Below, one piece after another: positions 48,013-50,844 of a stretch of DNA of 50,844 bases. A program made the position numbers and the translations under genes. Origin of the DNA: Candidatus Acidiferrales bacterium (lineage in GTDB: Bacteria; Acidobacteriota; Terriglobia; Acidiferrales; UBA7541); assembly GCA_030037225.1 (NCBI GenBank), contig JASHRU010000403.1:1-50844 (forward strand). Reading direction: 5' to 3'. The first letter of the stretch is position 1. Every line of letters starts with the position of its first letter. A model generated the notes under the pieces. The model saw only the letters and a program-made list of their open reading frames with translations, did not search any database and was not told where the DNA came from.

Positions 48013-48759
48013 ATGCAGCAGATCGTCATTCAGGGTAAGAAGCGGGAAGACCGCGGCAAGAACGCCATGCGCCGCCTGCGCAGTGCTGGCAGGGTGCCCG
48101 GCGTCCTCTACGGCGGAACCGGTAAGCCCGTTCCCGTCGCGCTCGAGGCCCAGCAATTGGCCCCCTTGTTCCGCACCGAATCGGGCCACAACGCCCTTCT
48201 CAACGTGAAAATCGAAGGGCTCAGCGAGGAGCTCGCCGTCCTCAAGGATTGGCAGTGCGATCCGCTCCACGGCAGCCTGCTCCACGTGGACCTGCTCCGC
48301 GTGGCCAAGGACGTCCGCATGCGCGTCCGCGTTCCCGTCCACACCACCGGCGATCCCCAGGGCGTCAAGATCCAGGGTGGCGTCTTCGAAGTCATTTCGC
48401 GCGAGGTCGAAATCGAGTGTTTGCCCGTGGACATCCCGGAGGAGTTCCGCGTCGACGTTTCCGGCCTCATGATCGGCAAGCAGCTTCGCTTCTCCGATCT
48501 GCCTCTCGACCCTGCCAAGATGAAGCTCGTCAGCGAGGCCAGAACCGTGATCGCCCACGTCGTGGCTCCGAAGAAGGAGGAGGAAGTCGCGCCCGAGGCT
48601 GCGGCTGCGGCTGCGGCCACGCCCGCCGAGCCCGAACTCATCAAGAAGGGCAAGAAGGAAGAGGAAGGCGAAGGAGAAGAGGGGGCGGCTCCCGCGCCGA
48701 AGGCGGCCGAGAAACCGGCCAAGGCAGAAAAGCCCGAGAAGTCGGAGAAGAAAAGGTAG
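48013..48759 (+). CDS. rplY: 50S ribosomal protein L25 (long Ctc form)
   Basis: GKNAMRRLR, VPGVLYG, LLHVDL, GVKIQGG, EPELIKKGKKEEE tail. Confidence 0.95.
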   Translation: MQQIVIQGKKREDRGKNAMRRLRSAGRVPGVLYGGTGKPVPVALEAQQLAPLFRTESGHNALLNVKIEGLSEELAVLKDWQCDPLHGSLLHVDLLRVAKDVRMRVRVPVHTTGDPQGVKIQGGVFEVISREVEIECLPVDIPEEFRVDVSGLMIGKQLRFSDLPLDPAKMKLVSEARTVIAHVVAPKKEEEVAPEAAAAAAATPAEPELIKKGKKEEEGEGEEGAAPAPKAAEKPAKAEKPEKSEKKR

Positions 48760-48840
48760 CGGCCTCCGGGAGCCGCGCGGCGCTCGCTCCTGCGCCGCGG
48801 CAATCCGGCAGCGAGCCGCGGGAATTCGTCGGAAGCGCCC

Positions 48841-49434
48841 ATGTGGCTCATCGTCGGATTGGGAAATCCCGGTTACGAGTACGCCTGGACGCCGCATAAC
48901 CTCGGCTTCCTGGTGATCGACCTTCTCGCCGAGCGCGCGGCCATTCGCGTCGAGCGGCCGGAGGCCAAGTCGTATGTGGGCAAGGGACGCATCGCTCGTG
49001 AGGATGTCGCGCTCGTCAAGCCGCAAACGTACGTGAACTTGAGCGGTATGGCGGTCGCCGAGCTCGCGGAGCGTTGCGAAGTTCCGCCCGCCCGGATTTT
49101 GATCGTGGTGGACGATGTCGCTCTCCCCTGGGGCAGCCTGCGCATCCGCGAACGCGGCAGCGCCGGCGGCCATAACGGGTTGAAGTCCGTCATCGCCGCG
49201 CTGGGGACGGATGAATTCATCCGCCTGCGCATCGGGATTCAGCCGGACTATCCCGTCGGCGATCTCGCGGCCTACGTCCTGCACCGCATGGGCAAGGCCG
49301 AGCGCAATGCCGCCGTCGAGCTGGTCACGCTCGCGGCGGATGCCGTGGAATGCGCCGTCCATGAGGGCGTGCGCCGTGCCATGAACCGCTTCAACCGCAA
49401 GGCGCAGCCGCCGGCGGATGGAGAAGCTTCGTAG
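48841..49434 (+). CDS. pth: Peptidyl-tRNA hydrolase
   Basis: LIVGLGNPG, TPHNLGF, KPQTYVNLSG, GSAGGHNGLKS, RLRIGI, AMNRFN. Confidence 0.96.
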   Translation: MWLIVGLGNPGYEYAWTPHNLGFLVIDLLAERAAIRVERPEAKSYVGKGRIAREDVALVKPQTYVNLSGMAVAELAERCEVPPARILIVVDDVALPWGSLRIRERGSAGGHNGLKSVIAALGTDEFIRLRIGIQPDYPVGDLAAYVLHRMGKAERNAAVELVTLAADAVECAVHEGVRRAMNRFNRKAQPPADGEAS

Positions 49435-49466
49435 GGGCAAGTCCCGAAGCTTCGGGACCGTGCCCC
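49431..49466 (+). repeat. GTAG-type REP-like hairpin carrying an 18-bp palindrome in its centre
   Basis: GTAGGGGCA-A-GTCCCGAAGCTTCGGGAC-CGTGCCCC. The flanks match the copy at 50535..50560. Confidence 0.75.
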
Positions 49467-49565
49467 ATTTGAGGCGAAGTATTGAGTTCGGGTCCGGTTC
49501 CTCAGTCGCGGGTCCGGCCTGAGGCTCTTCTCGTCGGTCGCAAAAGGGAGAACGGAGAAAAAAGT

Positions 49566-49991
49566 ATGGAAGAACGACTCTACGACCTGATTTTCATCTG
49601 CCGGCCCGCCACGCCGGAAGAGGAAATCGACAAGATCATTTCCACCCTGGAGAACGCCGTCACCGAACGCGGCGGCAAAGTGGACAAGAAGGAAAAGTGG
49701 GGCGCCCGCAAGATGGCCTACCGCGTCATGCGCCACCGCGAGGGCTATTACGTTCTCCTCGTCGTGCGCTCCTCACAGAGCGACACTGTCCACGAGCTCG
49801 AGCGCCGCCTGAAAGTCAACGACGCCGTCATCAAGTACATGACCGTGCGCCTCGACGAAGACATGAAGCGCCAAAAGCGGCTCCAACAGCGGCGCGAACG
49901 CAAGGCTGCTCGCCGGCCTCGCCCCTCGCGCCCCGCCCATTCTCATCCGGGTGCCGAACAGCCTGCGGCCGCCGCACCGCAGCAGCCATAA
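49566..49991 (+). CDS. rpsF: 30S ribosomal protein S6
   Basis: YDLIFICRP, WGARKMAY, EGYYVL, ELERRLKVNDAVIKYMTVR. GGAG RBS. Confidence 0.95.
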   Translation: MEERLYDLIFICRPATPEEEIDKIISTLENAVTERGGKVDKKEKWGARKMAYRVMRHREGYYVLLVVRSSQSDTVHELERRLKVNDAVIKYMTVRLDEDMKRQKRLQQRRERKAARRPRPSRPAHSHPGAEQPAAAAPQQP

Positions 49992-50006
49992 CACCAGGAG
50001 GATACC

Positions 50007-50465
50007 GTGCCCGACGAGACCAAAAACGAATCGCAACCCAATCCGCCCCAGGAACAACCGAAGGCCGCGGAAGCCCCGCGTGCCGAGGCTCCGCATGCGG
50101 AAAGCAAGCCCGCCGAGCCGCGCCCCCATTCGCCGCGCCCCTCGGAAGGCCGCCCCCGCTCCGAGGGCCGCGGCGGCGATGGCCGTGGGGGCGAATCGCG
50201 CGGCCCGCGCGACGCCGGCCGCGAAGGTGGCAAGCGCGGTCGCCGCGGCTTCTTCCGCAAGAAGAAGGTCTGCCGCTTCTGCGTGGATCGCGTGGACTAC
50301 ATCGATTACAAGAAGCCCGAGCAGTTGATGACCTTCATTCAGGAACGCGGAAAGATTGTGCCCCGGCGCATCACCGGCACCTGTTCGCGCCATCAACGCT
50401 GGCTCGCCGAAGCCATCAAGCGTGCGCGCAATATCGCGCTCATGCCCTTCGGCGGCGTGCGTTAG
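50007..50465 (+). CDS. rpsR: 30S ribosomal protein S18 with a long low-complexity N-terminal extension
   Basis: [51 protein letters not shown] before GTG. Confidence 0.95.
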   Translation: MPDETKNESQPNPPQEQPKAAEAPRAEAPHAESKPAEPRPHSPRPSEGRPRSEGRGGDGRGGESRGPRDAGREGGKRGRRGFFRKKKVCRFCVDRVDYIDYKKPEQLMTFIQERGKIVPRRITGTCSRHQRWLAEAIKRARNIALMPFGGVR

Positions 50466-50475
50466 GTTTCTGTTC

Positions 50476-50517
50476 TCATCCCGGTCCCGAAGCTTCGGGA
50501 CCCGGGAGGGATCTGCT
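50476..50517. repeat. Second palindromic element (TCATCCCG...GGAGGGATCTGC type) carrying the same 18-bp palindrome
   Basis: GTCCCGAAGCTTCGGGAC at 50484..50501 is identical to 49441..49458. The flanks TCCCG / CCGGGA extend the stem. Confidence 0.65.
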
Positions 50518-50534
50518 GTCCGTCCTTCGCATTC

Positions 50535-50560
50535 GTAGGGGCACGACATTGTCGTGCCCC
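50535..50560 (+). repeat. GTAG-type REP-like hairpin (no insert)
   Basis: GTAG followed by the inverted repeat GGGCACGACA-T-TGTCGTGCCC. Confidence 0.75.
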
Positions 50561-50614
50561 AGTTGAGGCGGCTGCTATCTCGGTTCGAGCGGAAGGTCAG
50601 AGAGAGGAACGATC

Positions 50615-50844
50615 ATGCAAATCATCCTTCAGGAAGACGTCGAAAAACTCGGCCATCGCGGCCAGGTCGTCGAGGTGGCGGAAGGCTACGCTCGCAATTA
50701 TCTTCTTCCCCGAAAACTCGCCCTGCCCGTGAGCCCTGGCAATCTCAAGCAGCTCGAACAGATCAAGCGTTCCCTCGCCAAGCGCGAAGCCACCGAACGC
50801 GAAGGCGCCCAGAAGCAAGCCGAGTTGCTCGGCACTCTCATCGT
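50615..50844 (+). CDS. rplI: 50S ribosomal protein L9 (partial, runs off the window)
   Basis: MQIILQEDVEKLGHRGQVVEVAEGYARNYLLPRKLA. Confidence 0.95.
   Translation, partial: MQIILQEDVEKLGHRGQVVEVAEGYARNYLLPRKLALPVSPGNLKQLEQIKRSLAKREATEREGAQKQAELLGTLI

Noticed and set aside
2686..49440. Many long antisense or alternative-frame ORFs (e.g. 2686..3804+, 25366..26781+, 41880..43085-, 47950..49440-)
   Set aside because: These are shadow ORFs expected in high-GC coding DNA. They overlap well-supported genes and have no recognisable motifs.
49431..50570. CRISPR array or IS ends suggested by the repeated palindromes
   Set aside because: The copies are about 1 kb apart and separated by ribosomal genes, with no regular spacers, cas genes or transposase.
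1..50844. tRNA (including selC), rRNA, selenoprotein UGA readthrough
   Set aside because: No cloverleaf or T-arm signature was recognised in the intergenic regions. TGA stops fall at expected family C-termini or in coupled overlaps.

Overview
High-GC bacterial chromosomal segment. The gene order and protein styles suggest Acidobacteriota (inference). Bases 1-29135 hold a large surface-glycan cluster that is almost entirely on the + strand and tightly coupled. It contains four GT-C (ArnT/PMT-like) membrane glycosyltransferases, a Wzy/O-antigen-ligase-like protein, six GT4s, several SAM methyltransferases, two AsnB-type amidotransferases, a WecA/MraY-type initiator, a heparinase II/III-like protein and a bi-domain oxidoreductase. 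An inverted GT2+methyltransferase pair and a decayed duplicate of that methyltransferase lie within it. Bases 29388-33538 carry a UDP-glucuronate decarboxylase, a cellulose-synthase-like GT2 and a GT87-like enzyme. The rest is futalosine menaquinone genes (ubiX, mqnP, mqnE), a larB pseudogene, a Zn-dependent dehydrogenase, selA, purH, a TPR protein and ispE-prs-rplY-pth-rpsF-rpsR-rplI. The most unusual observations are (1) an identical 18-bp palindrome nested inside two different REP-like hairpins in the ribosomal-protein operon, (2) the GT-C/methyltransferase-rich glycan decoration system with evidence of cassette turnover, and (3) a larB carrying a frameshift plus several substitutions in conserved motifs. 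No rRNA, tRNA, CRISPR array or transposase was recognised. All family calls are by-eye motif recognition; no searches were run.
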